A stretch of DNA of 64,000 nt from Basidiobolus meristosporus CBS 931.73 (Eukaryota; Fungi; Basidiobolomycota): positions 62,001 to 126,000 of the forward strand of contig MCFE01000022.1 of the NCBI GenBank assembly GCA_002104905.1. Direction: 5' to 3'. The notes under the pieces were generated by a model. That model ran no database searches. It saw nothing but the letters and a program-made list of their open reading frames with translations, and was not told the DNA's origin. Shown in pieces: positions 12,448-24,178 of this stretch (positions are counted from its first letter, which is position 1; each line of letters opens with the position of its first letter). The position numbers were made by a program, and so were the translations under genes.

Positions 12448-14914
12448 CTAGAACAGAGTTTTTACCTAGTATCAAGGAAGTGAGTCATATGAACGCGCAG
12501 ATGATGCTTGATCCATTCGAAAGTGGACGTACCCGTTTTTTAGGTGGGGTGGATGCGATCTCCTCGTCGCTGTGGGAGTTGTCACTCTGATCTGGGGTTT
12601 GTGGGGTTTCTGGATGACTATCGTTAAGCGAGGGCATGGCGATGTCCCTAGAGGAGGGGTGCGTCGGCCGGGACACATGAGTAACCGTGCTGGAGGCGAA
12701 TGGGAACCCCTGGTTGACGGTCGTGGAGGGAGCCTCTAGAGAGGAATTTGCAAAGAACGGCAGTTTTAGATTGATGTTCCCCACAGGTTGGCTGTTGTCG
12801 ATGCTTTCACCATGTTGCATGAACAGCGGCTCTTCCGCCGGTTCGCTTGGAAGACTCTTCTCAAGTGAGAATGGCTGATGAACGAACAGCGGCTCCTCAG
12901 GTGCACCATTCGAAGAGGGTGCATACGGTCGTTGCTCGGTCAGATTTGGGGACCTCCCTGAAGGGGTTTTCCCATGTTGCTGGTTGCTATGTGAGCCCTG
13001 GAGCTGTGATATCTGCTGGTCGAATTTGCTTTTGAAAAATAGTTTCTCCACCGGGGGGAAATCCTCTTCCCTTCTTGCTTCGCTGTGGCTTCCGATGTTC
13101 TCCAGCCGGGAGAAGGAGGTTTCTTCTGGCGCCACTGCGAAGCCATGATGACTGCTGTTACCATCGATCGATGGGCTGCCGGTTAGGGAGTTTATCAGCG
13201 AACGGGATTTCTCCTTCGAGGTCAAAGCATCCGTTCGGCCGGACTGCGGTTGCGCGCTGAAAGCCTGAGCAATATCCGGTGATGACGCCGCTTGAGAAAT
13301 GGTCCCCTTCTTTGATGCTATGGTGTCAACGTGGTGAGGGTTTACCGGCGTCCAAGGTGTCACCGGCTTGATATTCTTCGATATGGTTGGGGTAGATAGA
13401 GACAGGTGGTTTGAAGATTCGACCTCGTGGAAGGCAGGGCTTGCCGAGTGTGAAAGCGTGGAGGGATTGTTATTGGGTCGTGGAGCTGGAGTGTAGGCGG
13501 GCGTTTGTCTAAAGGAGGTCGTCATCCCGGAGTTGGTTTGCGAGGAAAGATGATCTGTCAGTGTGGCTAACACAAATTCTCCAAACACAGCATCCGCCAG
13601 CTGGACAGAGAGCAACAACGGCCTAGGATTACGGATCAGATGTGAATCAAACCGAACAAAGGTTGTATGAAGCGACTTACTTGCCACCATTTTCGAAATG
13701 GGCGATCACCGAGGTGCTCATGGTTTCTGCAAAAGAGACGATCGCCTGCGAAGAGAGTGTGGGTGAGTGTGAGGGGATCAAGGCTAGGTCGCAGACGTGG
13801 CTCGGGATACCTTGAATTCCTTAAGGTTGAAGGTCATCTCGGCATCCCCATGAATCTCGTACAAGTCGAATTCGTCGCTTTCGGAAATGATTTCCGTCTG
13901 TAGACCTCTTCGGAATTCCTCTGTTTCATACGAACCGTTGGTGATTGTTAGGTGGAGAAGTGGCAAGAATTGGATTGACCTCGTTTCCCGGTTTCGTCCG
14001 CTATCTGTTGGATTTCCTCGGTGAAGCTTTTCATCCGGATCACATTCGGTTCGCATTCGAGAGTGATCTCCTCCAGTTTGTGGTGGAAGTGGAAGATCCA
14101 CCCGGACAAGATTTTCGGCGAGGCTACCCAGCGGTTGCGAAAGTCCGCCTTCGAGTAGAGGGCGTGCAACGGCTCGCAAGGCTCGTAGAATAGCTTGTAT
14201 GTCTTCACGATCCCTACAAACAAGGTCATTGTCAATTGATTGGTGTCAAACAGAAGGCCGAGATAATCTTCCGATAGAAACCATATTTGCAAAACATCTG
14301 GATGACCAAGCGACATTCGTCCCCCGCCCCGGCTCCCTCTTCCAGTCGAAGCTCGCATTTCTCCACTGTCTTGTCTAGATTGTTCCGCTTCCGAAATATG
14401 GAAACCAACGACTGATTTGACCCCCCCCCGCCCCAAGCAAAGGTTTCCTGGTAAGTATCGACTTGGGCAATTCGGTTAGATTCCACCGCCTCTTACCTTG
14501 GCCAGTACTCGACACTTTACTAGAGGCTCCTTCTCCGAATCTCCTGGTTCGATGTGCAATTTGTACTCGTCGAAGAACTTCCTACTACAGGAGAAGTTGC
14601 CGAAAGCGGAGCGAGAGGAATTGATGGTGGTCAATAGAAGCTTTGTAAGCAAGAGTACTTGGTTAGTATCAAGGTGAGGTTTGATAACCTAGCAGCCCAC
14701 GTAGAGGCTCTACTACCACAGGTGGCTCACCTTATTACGACGTGCCTCCAGGTTCAGATCTTCCCCGATCCGGGACAGGCAGTGTAAAATCTTGTAGAAA
14801 GCTAGCAAGATACCAAGGTTAACGAAACGCAAGTGGGGAATGGTTGGGCTGGTGGTATGTTGGTTTACGTTTCAACGAGACGGCCGGTATGACTGCTTGC
14901 AGCTTTGTACCCAT
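12448..14914 (-). CDS. rad9: 9-1-1 checkpoint clamp subunit Rad9 (RAD9A/S. pombe rad9 type, not budding-yeast RAD9), multi-exon
   Basis: Spliced product MGTKLQAVIPAVSLKPFYKILHCLSRIGEDLNLE...TINSSRSAF...LDKTVEKCEL...RLVIQMFCKYG...MTFNLKEFKAIVSFAE...FGEFVLATL matches the RAD9A PCNA-like fold (SLSRIGDELYLE, TVNSSRSAY, LEKTVEKC, ITFCLKEF, FVLATL). A long S/P-rich tail ends TPPKKRVKTLF*. Confidence 0.92.
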
Positions 14915-15940
14915 ATGTACGGTCTCTTCTATGCTAAGGTAAATCCGATATGTATACCAAAGATAAATAATCCCCGTGTTTATGTATGTATGTGTGTATT
15001 TGGGATCTCGATGAATCCTAAGGTGGATCGATTGCGGCAATCCACCCAATTCGACCGCCCTTTTTCATCTCCCCGCTAACTAGGTCAATGCTCTGTGTGC
15101 GAATAGGAAATTGCGCCGCTCCCCCGTGAAAGTCTCCCAAATCACCCCTCCCCCCTCCACACCTCTGATCACTGACCCACCACTGCGGATCGGTCGCATG
15201 GGTTCATGACTTTGCCCTGACTACGCACGCTACATGGCATCCCGCTCAATCAAGAAAATGCCAACCAGGGATTCGGCGATTGGTTTAGATGCAACCGTTT
15301 CCCACACAGCAGTCATGTACCTCACATCACTATGGGCCACATTGTAGGATCACTTCAGTGATGAATGCTCGATCCTTGTGTTGGTTGGACCCAAGGTATA
15401 CAAGCCTATTGCCACTGCCATAGTCAAAGTAGTAACATTCAAAACGTGAGGATGGCGGCGATGCAGTGCTTCTATTCCTCTATAAAATAGATTCTCTCAT
15501 ACGTGCCTCCATACCCATCCTTAATGCACTCCAGTAAAAATCTCAAAATCCGATTTTCCTGGAATTTTTGGATGGTGTTTTTATCTGCCTCACTTTACCA
15601 AGTCACTCCAATTGTTATGGTGATATAAAACCTATGCAGTTGAAGTACTCAAATGCTTTATAATTTATGCCAGTATACATTCAAGTGCTATATAAGTTTG
15701 AATATGAATTGTCAACCAACCAATGCCCACTTTTGTATACTATAAGAGCTAGGGGTGCTTTGGGTATTCCTTGCACCCTAACATTAATCTTTTTCATTTC
15801 TGAAAAGGAACAAATATTATGTCTGTAATTACACCTAAATATTCCTCTAGCTTGGTCACTAAGATCATACTGTACAAGTATTAGAGAACTCTGACTAAAC
15901 TCCCTGTTGGGATTTACTTGTAATGTTTTCACTAAAACAT

Positions 15941-16117
15941 TGTTGTAAGAGTTTTGGAGATATTGGAGGTGATTGGGAGAACCAGCTGATTATGCGGTCT
16001 TCACTTAATGATTTATTGAATGTAAAAGTAGTACTTACTTTTACCAGGTCTTGGCAGAATTAACACATTGAATATGCTTAGAAACATCCCAAAGCATGTG
16101 GACAAAGTTTGGAGTTG
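15941..16117. repeat. Partial LTR of family 'E' (begins TGTTGTAAGA)
   Basis: Aligns by eye with the solo LTR at 44641-44989 (opposite orientation) and with the fragment at 63178-63403. Confidence 0.7.
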
Positions 16118-17656
16118 CTTAGACAACTTATTTCTTGGCATATGCTGTACACCCAAATATTCTTAGATGTTCTGTACTTGGTCTGTATCCATACCATGCT
16201 TCAAATGGAGTAGAATCACAAAGTATTCTGTTATAAATCCTATTTTTGAGGTATACAGCTGTGGCAACTGATTCCACCCAAAAATCATAGGATAACTTTT
16301 GATAATGGATCATTGATCTGTTTGCACATTCTGCTACTCCATCTTGCTGTGGGGAGTATGGTACAGTAGTATATTGCTTTATCCCATAAATTTTGCAGAA
16401 GTGGATGAAGAGTTTTGAGGAATATTCTCCACCATTGTTAGAGCAAATTTTCTTGATTTTTTCACCATTTTCTCTCTCCACCATAGCCTTAAACTACCTG
16501 AGCTTAGACAGGGCTTCTTCCTTTCTCTCCATGAAGTAGTCCTGCATGTATCTTGTATAAATATCAATAAAAGTGCTTAAATACTTCATCCCACCTAGGA
16601 ATAAATTTTGTATAGGTCCACACAGATCTGAGTGAATTAGATCTAATTTTTTCTTGGTTTTGATTAACCCAGTGCTCTTAAATAGTTGTCTGGCTTGTTT
16701 CCCATATATGCTGGCTTTACAGTGCTCCAAATTAGCTGGGGGATCAATTTTGACTCTGTAAATTAGCTGATATTTTATCATTTTGCACAAATAATCAAGA
16801 TTGATGTGTCCAAATCTCCTGTGCCAAAGCATTGGGGTTTCTTCATTCAAGTTACTTATGCAGGATTCTAGATAAGATGTAATATAAGTCAACTTGTGTA
16901 GATTTTGATCTCTGATACCCAAAACAATATGGGCACCATTTTGATCAGTGATCCTGCCTCCAGAACTGTCAAAGCTGAAACTGAGTCCTTCTGCAGTGGC
17001 CTTGCTTACAGACTGTAGGTTCTTGGCTATTTCTGGTATGTAGAATACTTCTTGAAAGATCAGTGTATGGCTTTCTTCACTGCTTCTAAGGTTTACTTGG
17101 ATAGTTCCTTCTCCCACTGCATCTAGTGTTCTATTGTCACTGCTGACTATAGCTCTTTTTGAAGCACCAGTCTAATGTGTATCCTTTCCTGTTGCAGTAG
17201 TTGCAAAACAGGTTGCTGTCACCTTTAAAGGGTCTAGAATATCTCCTTGGTTGGTGATCATTGCTTATTAAAGAATTTTCTTCTTGCATCTTATTGGTGC
17301 TTGATTTTCTTAATTCTTCATCCAGGAGCCATCCATATATGGAATATAAGGTCAAATCTTCAGTTCCGGACTCTATGGATGAATGAGGGCCCTGAGACTT
17401 GTCTGTCAGGCTATTCAGGAAGGTAACTATCACATCCTCATCAGTAGTTAGTATGCCCACAGATTCCATCTCATCCACTAGCAGGGTGGTTCTGTTAATT
17501 AGATTATTCATTTCTTCTCCTGGCTACATATTTGTAGTAAAGGATTTTTGTCTCAGATACATTTTCTTAGCAGCTGAACATGACTGGTAGGTGTCATCTA
17601 ATGCCTTCCAGGCACTTTTTGCCATTTTGCTCTTTAGCATTGAATTAGCAATTTGT
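16118..17656 (-). mobile_element. Degenerate Ty1/copia retrotransposon fragment (gag, protease, integrase)
   Basis: Gag with a decayed zinc knuckle (CNYCNRKGY), GAG-pre-integrase LWHRRFGHIN, integrase LIHSDLCGP and YSPQQDGVAE. Contains stops and frameshifts. Confidence 0.9.
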
Positions 17657-18048
17657 CTATATTTAAATATTAACCCTAAAGTAAGATCTATACAAAGCAC
17701 TTATAGTGCCAGATAGTACTAGTGGACAAAGATAGTGCCATTCATTTTTGTGACATGATACAAGCTAAAGGAGCTAGATTCATAGTGCCATAGGTATTGA
17801 GTACCGGATGCATATCTTCAATCTGCTTGTGCTCTAACACATCCTGCACAACATTGATCCAAAAAAAAAGGTCAAAAAATGGATCTTCTCAAACACAATG
17901 GGTGAAACACAGGGGCTGCTTTGCATGATGATGCAGAGCTATGTTTCACACTCTGTGGCCAGGTAGAGGCTCACTTGGCCTCTCTGGCACACTATGGCAT
18001 CATTTGGCACTCATGGCTCAATGTGGCACTATCCAACAGAACAAGTCT
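17657..18048. mobile_element. Right half of a foldback MITE (same family as 38676-39409)
   Basis: Similar to 39020-39409, including the spacer, and ends ...CCAACAGAACAAGTCT. The left arm is missing and the copia gag is cut at the junction. Confidence 0.85.
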
Positions 18049-20129
18049 ACTATATAAAATAAATTTGTCCCACAGGTGGATCCAATCCAGATCAGCCATC
18101 AAGATCCCATCAGGAAACTGCAACACTACCAGCAGCTTGGAATTAGTGACCTTCTACACAATCTTGTGATGGGATCACAACTGCATTTTGCCAATCTTAT
18201 AGCCAAATAAAGTTGATAAAATATGACTGTGTTAGTATGGTGTTTTGCCAAAGGTGGTATAGCATTGCTGCAGTCTTAGTGTGCTTTACAATTATTTGAG
18301 TGGATCTAACCAGCCAGTACATCCAATTGCATTAAATGGCAAAAAAATTGACAGTATTTTAACAGCCTCTTTGCAAGCCATTGATGGCATTATCACAGCA
18401 GTATGGTGGCCTACAGCCAGTTCTGCATAATGTTAACATACCAATTTACCAAATGGTATTTCCTTTTTCCATCTCCCCTTGTGCAATTCATATATTCCAT
18501 TGTAGAGTCACCCCTCTTTATTTGCTTACCCACTACTACCTTGGGTATTCCACCTATAGTTTGAGTCAAAAAATACTATGGCCTCCTGCATACTAACCTC
18601 TACAAATGCACACACCTGCCGCAATTGACATATTTCTATCATCTCAACTTCATGGCTTTTTATTTTGATGCTTGCAATGCTGCCGTATATCTTGCATTGC
18701 TGTCAACATATACATCTTGCAAACATATGCTTGGTTGCCAGAATGAGTTTGACTTGCTTCATGAGCATTATCCTGTATTCAAACAAGCAACCAGTTTTTG
18801 GGCCTGCATTGGTATGCTAAGAGAGTAACTGAAGAATAGCAGAAACCATTGAAGGCAGAAGAACAAGGGTGCAATGACTAAAAACCAGCAACTTCCTCAA
18901 GAGCCCATTACAAGCAGAACCAGAAGCCTCAGACAAGCATCAAAGAGGCATCAGGTAACTAGAAGAGTGCTGATAAGGGAAAAGCAGGTAGACACATTTG
19001 TACCAGCACAACATATACCACGGAAAAAGTGCACCTCTACTCAAGAAGCACTCTATCAAAGCAGCAGTGAAGTACCTGGTGGTGATAAAAACAAGCAGCT
19101 ACCTCAGAAGCCTGTGACAGCATGGGCTAAGAGCTTGAAACAAGCAGGAAAGAAGCATCAGGTTGCCTGCAGAGTGCCAGCAAGGGACAAGCAGGCCAAA
19201 ACAGATGCATCAGAGCAGCATTTATCAAGGAGAAGATGTAGTTCATTACAGGAAGCACTCAGACAAAGTAGCAGTGAGAGACCTGGCATTGAGAAAGGAA
19301 AAGGTAAAAGGGAAAAGTCTACCCAAACCAGAGACAGTGAAGCATAAGAAAAAAGCTGCAGTTCTTGCCAATTAATGCCATAAGCCCAAAACTGACTGAA
19401 TATCATCATAACCAAGAAGAATTACCAGCAAGAAAACAACTGTTTTCACACAAGTTGGAAGCACAGCCAGTTGAGCTACACTCCAGTGAGGTAGATGAGT
19501 TTGCAGAGAAAGGCAATTTGTGTACCACAGCCTCCAAATCATCCATTGTTGACAGAGTGGAGAACCCACTGACAGACAAAGTAACAGCATCAAGAACTCA
19601 AAAGGTCATCACAATGCCTTTGGTGGAATTTTGGAACATTAATAGGCATACCAAGAGGTTGCAGCACTTCTTCAAAAGCAGCGCTCAAGAAAACACACTT
19701 GAATATTGCAAGGACTTATTGCAAAGACTGGAAGATGAGGAGCTTGACCTTGCAGTGCTGGCTGAAGACCAGGATGTATGGGAACCAGTGAATGAACAAT
19801 GGCATGAAGCTGTAGGGTTCTCACCAAAGTCATGAAACACAGTGTTACAGCAGAAGTACTTATTCAGTGGTGTATTTCAATGGAGTTACTTATTGAGTGT
19901 GGGGTTGGGCTTAAAGTTAGTGTAGGGTGTAGGGACTTGTATAAGTCAATACAATTGGCAATTAAGGTACAACTGAAGTTTCAACAGAAATAAATCCATA
20001 TATATGCATGAAAAATAAGAGAAACAGTTGAGTCAGGTAGCAAAGAGTATGAAAAAGAGGCAATAGCCAACCAATGCTCACAAACGTAGGAGGTGATAGG
20101 GTGTCCAGGATCAGAAAGTGAGAAAACTG
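18049..20129 (+). mobile_element. Internally deleted CACTA-like element (left end fused to the 3' part of ORF2)
   Basis: The left terminus and subterminal region match 43232-43900 and the reverse complement of 33350-34051. They join directly to ORF2 sequence homologous to 47560-48960. Confidence 0.8.
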
Positions 20130-21210
20130 GCAGAGAACATAATGCTACCATACCTGCTTACCAAATGGTATTTTCTTTTTCTAACTCCCCTTGTGCCATC
20201 CATATATTCCACTGTAGAGTCACCCCTCCATATTTGCTTACCCACCTCTACCATGGGTACTCTGCCCATAGCTTGAGTAAAAAAAACTATTGCCTCCTGC
20301 TTACTGACCTCTACAAATGTGCACACCTGCTGCAATTGACACACCTCTATCACCTCAACTTTAAGGCTTTTTAGTGTGATAATTGCAAAGTAGTCAACTA
20401 CCTGGTATTGCTGGTGTAATAGACTTGTTCCATCATTCCAGCTGATCATAGTGCCCAATAGTGCCATAGCATGCCAGATGGTGCCTGATCATGCCACAGA
20501 GTGCCAGATGGTGCCATACAGTGCCTATTAGGGATCAAAATTGACATGCATATGACCCTTAAATATCAGATTAATAAAAAAATATACAGCACTCTCTGGC
20601 ACTATGATCAATGGCACAATGGATCAAGTCTAACATACATCTTGCAGACATATGCTTGGTTACCACCATGTTTGCCACAAATACTTCATGAATATCTGCA
20701 AAGAACTCTCTGGTAATTGGCCAATATATTCCTTCTCCCTGTTGGATTCTAGTCCCCATAATAGGTGCACTTTAGCACTTGTTTGTGATTTTTGTATGGA
20801 ATGGTGTAAAAATTGGCTTGTGATCAAGAGAAACCCAGCATACTTTGGTAAAGTTGTCCTAATAAGTGTTGGCTGCTTGCTGTGTCCAACCCAACCATGC
20901 ATAGCTTAACTGATTACTAACAGATTGGGGTTGCTTAGTGTCTTAATGCCAAAGGCATAGAGGGCTCCATGTGCCAATCTGTCCTTGATATTTTCTAACT
21001 CTTCCTGGCTGTCCTCCATGTACTAACTAATCACATTCATGACAGACTTGAGGGTAATATTCTTGATGATATTGGGATATAGTGGCTCTTGCAACTTGAC
21101 TTGCCTTCCCATCTCCCGCAAATCCACTCCAGAGGAAACTCCCAAAAGGTGAAGCAAAGTCCAATATTCTCCACACAACAAGCAAGATTGAGTAGAGTGT
21201 GGATACAGCA
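20130..21210 (-). mobile_element. CACTA transposase C-terminal fragment
   Basis: Homologous to 43590-44460 (LAccVENIGLCFTFWEFPLE, YAGFL). Interrupted by a MITE and bounded by an LTR-B fragment. Confidence 0.8.
20421..20631. mobile_element. 211-bp PHIS-family MITE
   Basis: Termini AGACTTGTTC...GATCAAGTCT, flanks AAT/AAC (imperfect TSD), and an internal GTGCCA/TGGCAC motif array. Second copy at 22934-23144. Confidence 0.88.
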
Positions 21211-21795
21211 GTGGTGGGTTGATATATAAGTCCAAGGGAGAGATATGCTCAGCACTTCTCAAGTGTTTTGCGAGCAGGTTGCTCACTGGGTGCAATGGCC
21301 TCTGGCAAAAGCTTACTGAGAAAACTTGTGGTCTGTCTCTACTCTAATGTGAAGGGGAATAAAGCCACAAGCTTGTCAGGGGAAGACTACTGAGCTACCA
21401 TCCCCAATATAGTTGGCATCTTAACAGATATATGTGCTGGGTTCAGCATCCTTTGGGATGACAATGTACTAAAACTTCTAAGGCCAAAACAACTGTTGGC
21501 TCAGCCAGCAGGAACCTGATAAGAATACAGCTGTGATCAATAGTTACAAAAACAGAAAAGCTTTGTTGCCTATTCATGAACAAACTTGGGAGAGAATAAA
21601 TAAAATAAAAGATACCTACTCTGAGTACTCTTCACAAGTAGTGCCTCCAAGGTCAGTTGGTTGCCAGTGTGGTTTCCTGGGAGTGTCCTATGGTCTGGGA
21701 TAGGAGGTACAGGTAGCAGCAGGTAGCAATGGTCAAGCTAATCAGCAAGTTGGTGTATTGATAAAAGGGATGATGATTTATTGCTGAGGGATTGC
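21211..21795 (-). repeat. 3' half of an LTR of gypsy family 'B'
   Basis: Homologous to 36510-37090 and the reverse complement of 53100-53650. Flanked on both sides by non-contiguous pieces of CACTA transposase. Confidence 0.8.
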
Positions 21796-22080
21796 CTGCT
21801 GGAAAGTGTACAAAATTCATCCAGCAATGGATATAGGTAGCTGTCCAGGTTCCATGGAGATTCAGGCCTAGATACCAGTGAGACAATATTAAGTACCTGC
21901 TCTGATACTGTAAGATAAGTGACAGATTCTGGTTGATGAGAATCAGTGGCCAGCAAGATTTCCTGGTAGAGTACTTGTTTAATGAGAATCCAGCAAGTGC
22001 CAAGGCAAAGTCATGATTACACATGTTGAAATATTGGACTATTTGGTATCATTCAGCACTAAATGCTTACTTTGCAATTC
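21796..22080 (-). mobile_element. CACTA (Tnp2/Transposase_21) fragment
   Basis: CNHDFALALAGFSLNKYSTRKSCWPLILIN...NLDSYLYPLLDE, homologous to 45430-45640. Confidence 0.8.
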
Positions 22081-22086
22081 TGAACT

Positions 22087-23394
22087 AGACTTGGTCACTG
22101 TAGGACTAGCCTCCACCTATTTGATCATATACCTATTTTAGTTTGACTTACTCATCTGAATGGTCTTTTCTCATCAATTGCATCACTACCACTGGATTTC
22201 CTTTTGACACATTAGAGGAGATCTAAACCAAGTACTGTGGGCCATCTACCTCAATCTACTCAAGGAGATCCCATGTTAAGCTTCTCTGCTATTGAAAGAA
22301 ATATTGCCCTACAAGGTTTCATCCTACCATTTGTGGCAACAGAGGTCCTAGAAGCTTTCATTAACAGCTGACAGCAATGGAAAACCACCTTGCAGAGGGT
22401 ATGAATATCCTAGAGCAAGCTTAGAATACAAGGTTCAAAAGCTCAAATGTACTTGCATATTCCAGAGTGTTCAGAAACAAGTCCCATATCAGGAGTTCTT
22501 TAGATACCTTCCCAGCCAGGATTGACAGACCATATAGATGGCTGAGGCACTTTGATTCTGGCAAATACAAGGCATGCTGTGTGAAGCTTCAAGCATTATG
22601 TGACATTAAGGGTCACATCATCTGGTTTAGTGGGCCATTTCCTGGAAGTAGGTATAACAAAGCACTCTGAGTAGAGAATTGTTCAGAATTCAGTAGAGGG
22701 GAAAAATGTATGGCAGTCTTGGCTGATTTAGGAGTGGATTGCCAGATATTAAGATGTATTACAGCTCAAAGGAAGCCAAGGAATGGAGTGCTTAGCAGGA
22801 GGCAGAAACTCCACAATGAGATATTTAATCATTTCCAAGTGAGAGTAGAGCATACACTTGGATATCTAAAGATATTAAGCATGTTAGCAGGTAAACATGG
22901 AGGAAAGTCATATATAGAAGAAAACAGCAGAATAGACTTGCTTTGTCATTCCAGCTGATCATAGTGCCCAATAGTGCCATAGCATGCCAGATGGCACCTG
23001 ATCATGCCACAGAGTGCCAGATTGTGCCATACAGTGCAAATTTGGGATCAAAATTGACATGCATATGACCCTAAAATATCAAATTAATAACAAAATGTTC
23101 AGCACTTTCTGGCACTATGATCAATGGCACAATGGAACAAGTCTAATAGGTAAAATAACTAAGACATGTATTAATGCACAATATATTTATACAAGAAAAC
23201 ATCCACTGAGAGAGGTGTGTCTGGAGCATGATGATGAATAAATAAAGCGCAAAAAGCACTGTTCTGAGCAAGATAAGTAAAATTGAGTCAAATTACCAGT
23301 AACTGTATCCAACCACTGGCATAATGGTACAAATTAGAGTGCCAGATCAATCCAGGTCTACAAGCAGGCTGGCACTATCCAGCCAAACAAGTCT
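22087..23394 (+). mobile_element. Degenerate PHIS/DDE_Tnp_4 transposase copy with right TIR
   Basis: SSLDTFPARIDRP...SGKYKACCVKLQALCDIKGHIIWFSGPFPGSR, VLADLG, HNEIFNHFQVRVEHTLG. Homologous to 57820-58885 and ends CAAACAAGTCT. The left boundary is uncertain. Confidence 0.8.
22934..23144. mobile_element. 211-bp PHIS MITE inserted in a transposase of its own family
   Basis: AAT|AGACTTG...GAACAAGTCT|AAT gives a perfect 3-bp TSD. The empty site is visible at about 58590 (cagcaaaataggtaaa). Confidence 0.92.
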
Positions 23395-23399
23395 CTTAT

Positions 23400-24178
23400 G
23401 CAGACAGTCAAGCAATTGCTGCAGGTCATCAGGAGGCAAACAGATGAAATCTGACCTTGTTATCAAGTTTGAGATTAAAGTTGAAGGAAATCAAACTATT
23501 TTCTTGGAACAGAAGTCAAACTTAATATACCTATGCAGATAATTGAGATGAGTCTGTCTAAGTATATCACAGACATTCCTGGATGCCTCAAAAAAGAATT
23601 GGAAGCTTGAAGCAACCCCCATAAACAATAACCTGAAATTGAGCAAATCTCAGCCGGTTTTAGGCTAAAACAACTGAAATGTAGTCCAACGGTGTTTCTA
23701 TTAATCAATGATTGATAGCCTGCCATGCTTGATGGTGTCAACTTATCCAGATATTGCAGTTGCAGCTGGAATAGTCTGTTAATTCAAGCAGATTTATGGA
23801 TATAATCAAATTGCAGCAGTTAAGCAAATCTTCAGATATCTGCAAGGTACCATCAATATGGCTCTGGAGTACTCTGGAGCCACTAAACGGCATAAATTTG
23901 GTGGCTATAGTGATCTACATTGGAGTAGAGATCTGTTTGAGAGATACCCTACCACTTGGTATGCGTTTCTTTATGCTGGTGCAGCTATTACTTTGAATTA
24001 CAAGAAACAACCAACTGTGGCTCTATCTACAACTGATGCTAAATATTTGGCTGCTTGCCAAGCAACTAAGGAGGCTATATAGTACAGATATTACTTGCAG
24101 ACTTAGGCTTTAATCAGATGAGCCAACATGTATTTACAAAGATAATCAAAGTGGTATTTCATAAGCTAGGAATCCTAC
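23400..24178 (+). mobile_element. Ty1/copia RT-RNase H fragment
   Basis: KQIFRYLQGT, GYSDLHWSRD, KKQPTVALSTTDAKYLA, DNQSGI. Confidence 0.85.

Noticed and set aside
13740-13811. rad9 intron starting GTATCCC (U12-like)
   Set aside because: It lacks the TT at +7/+8, and the CCTTGAT is far from the acceptor while U2-type CTCAC motifs lie closer. More likely a major intron.
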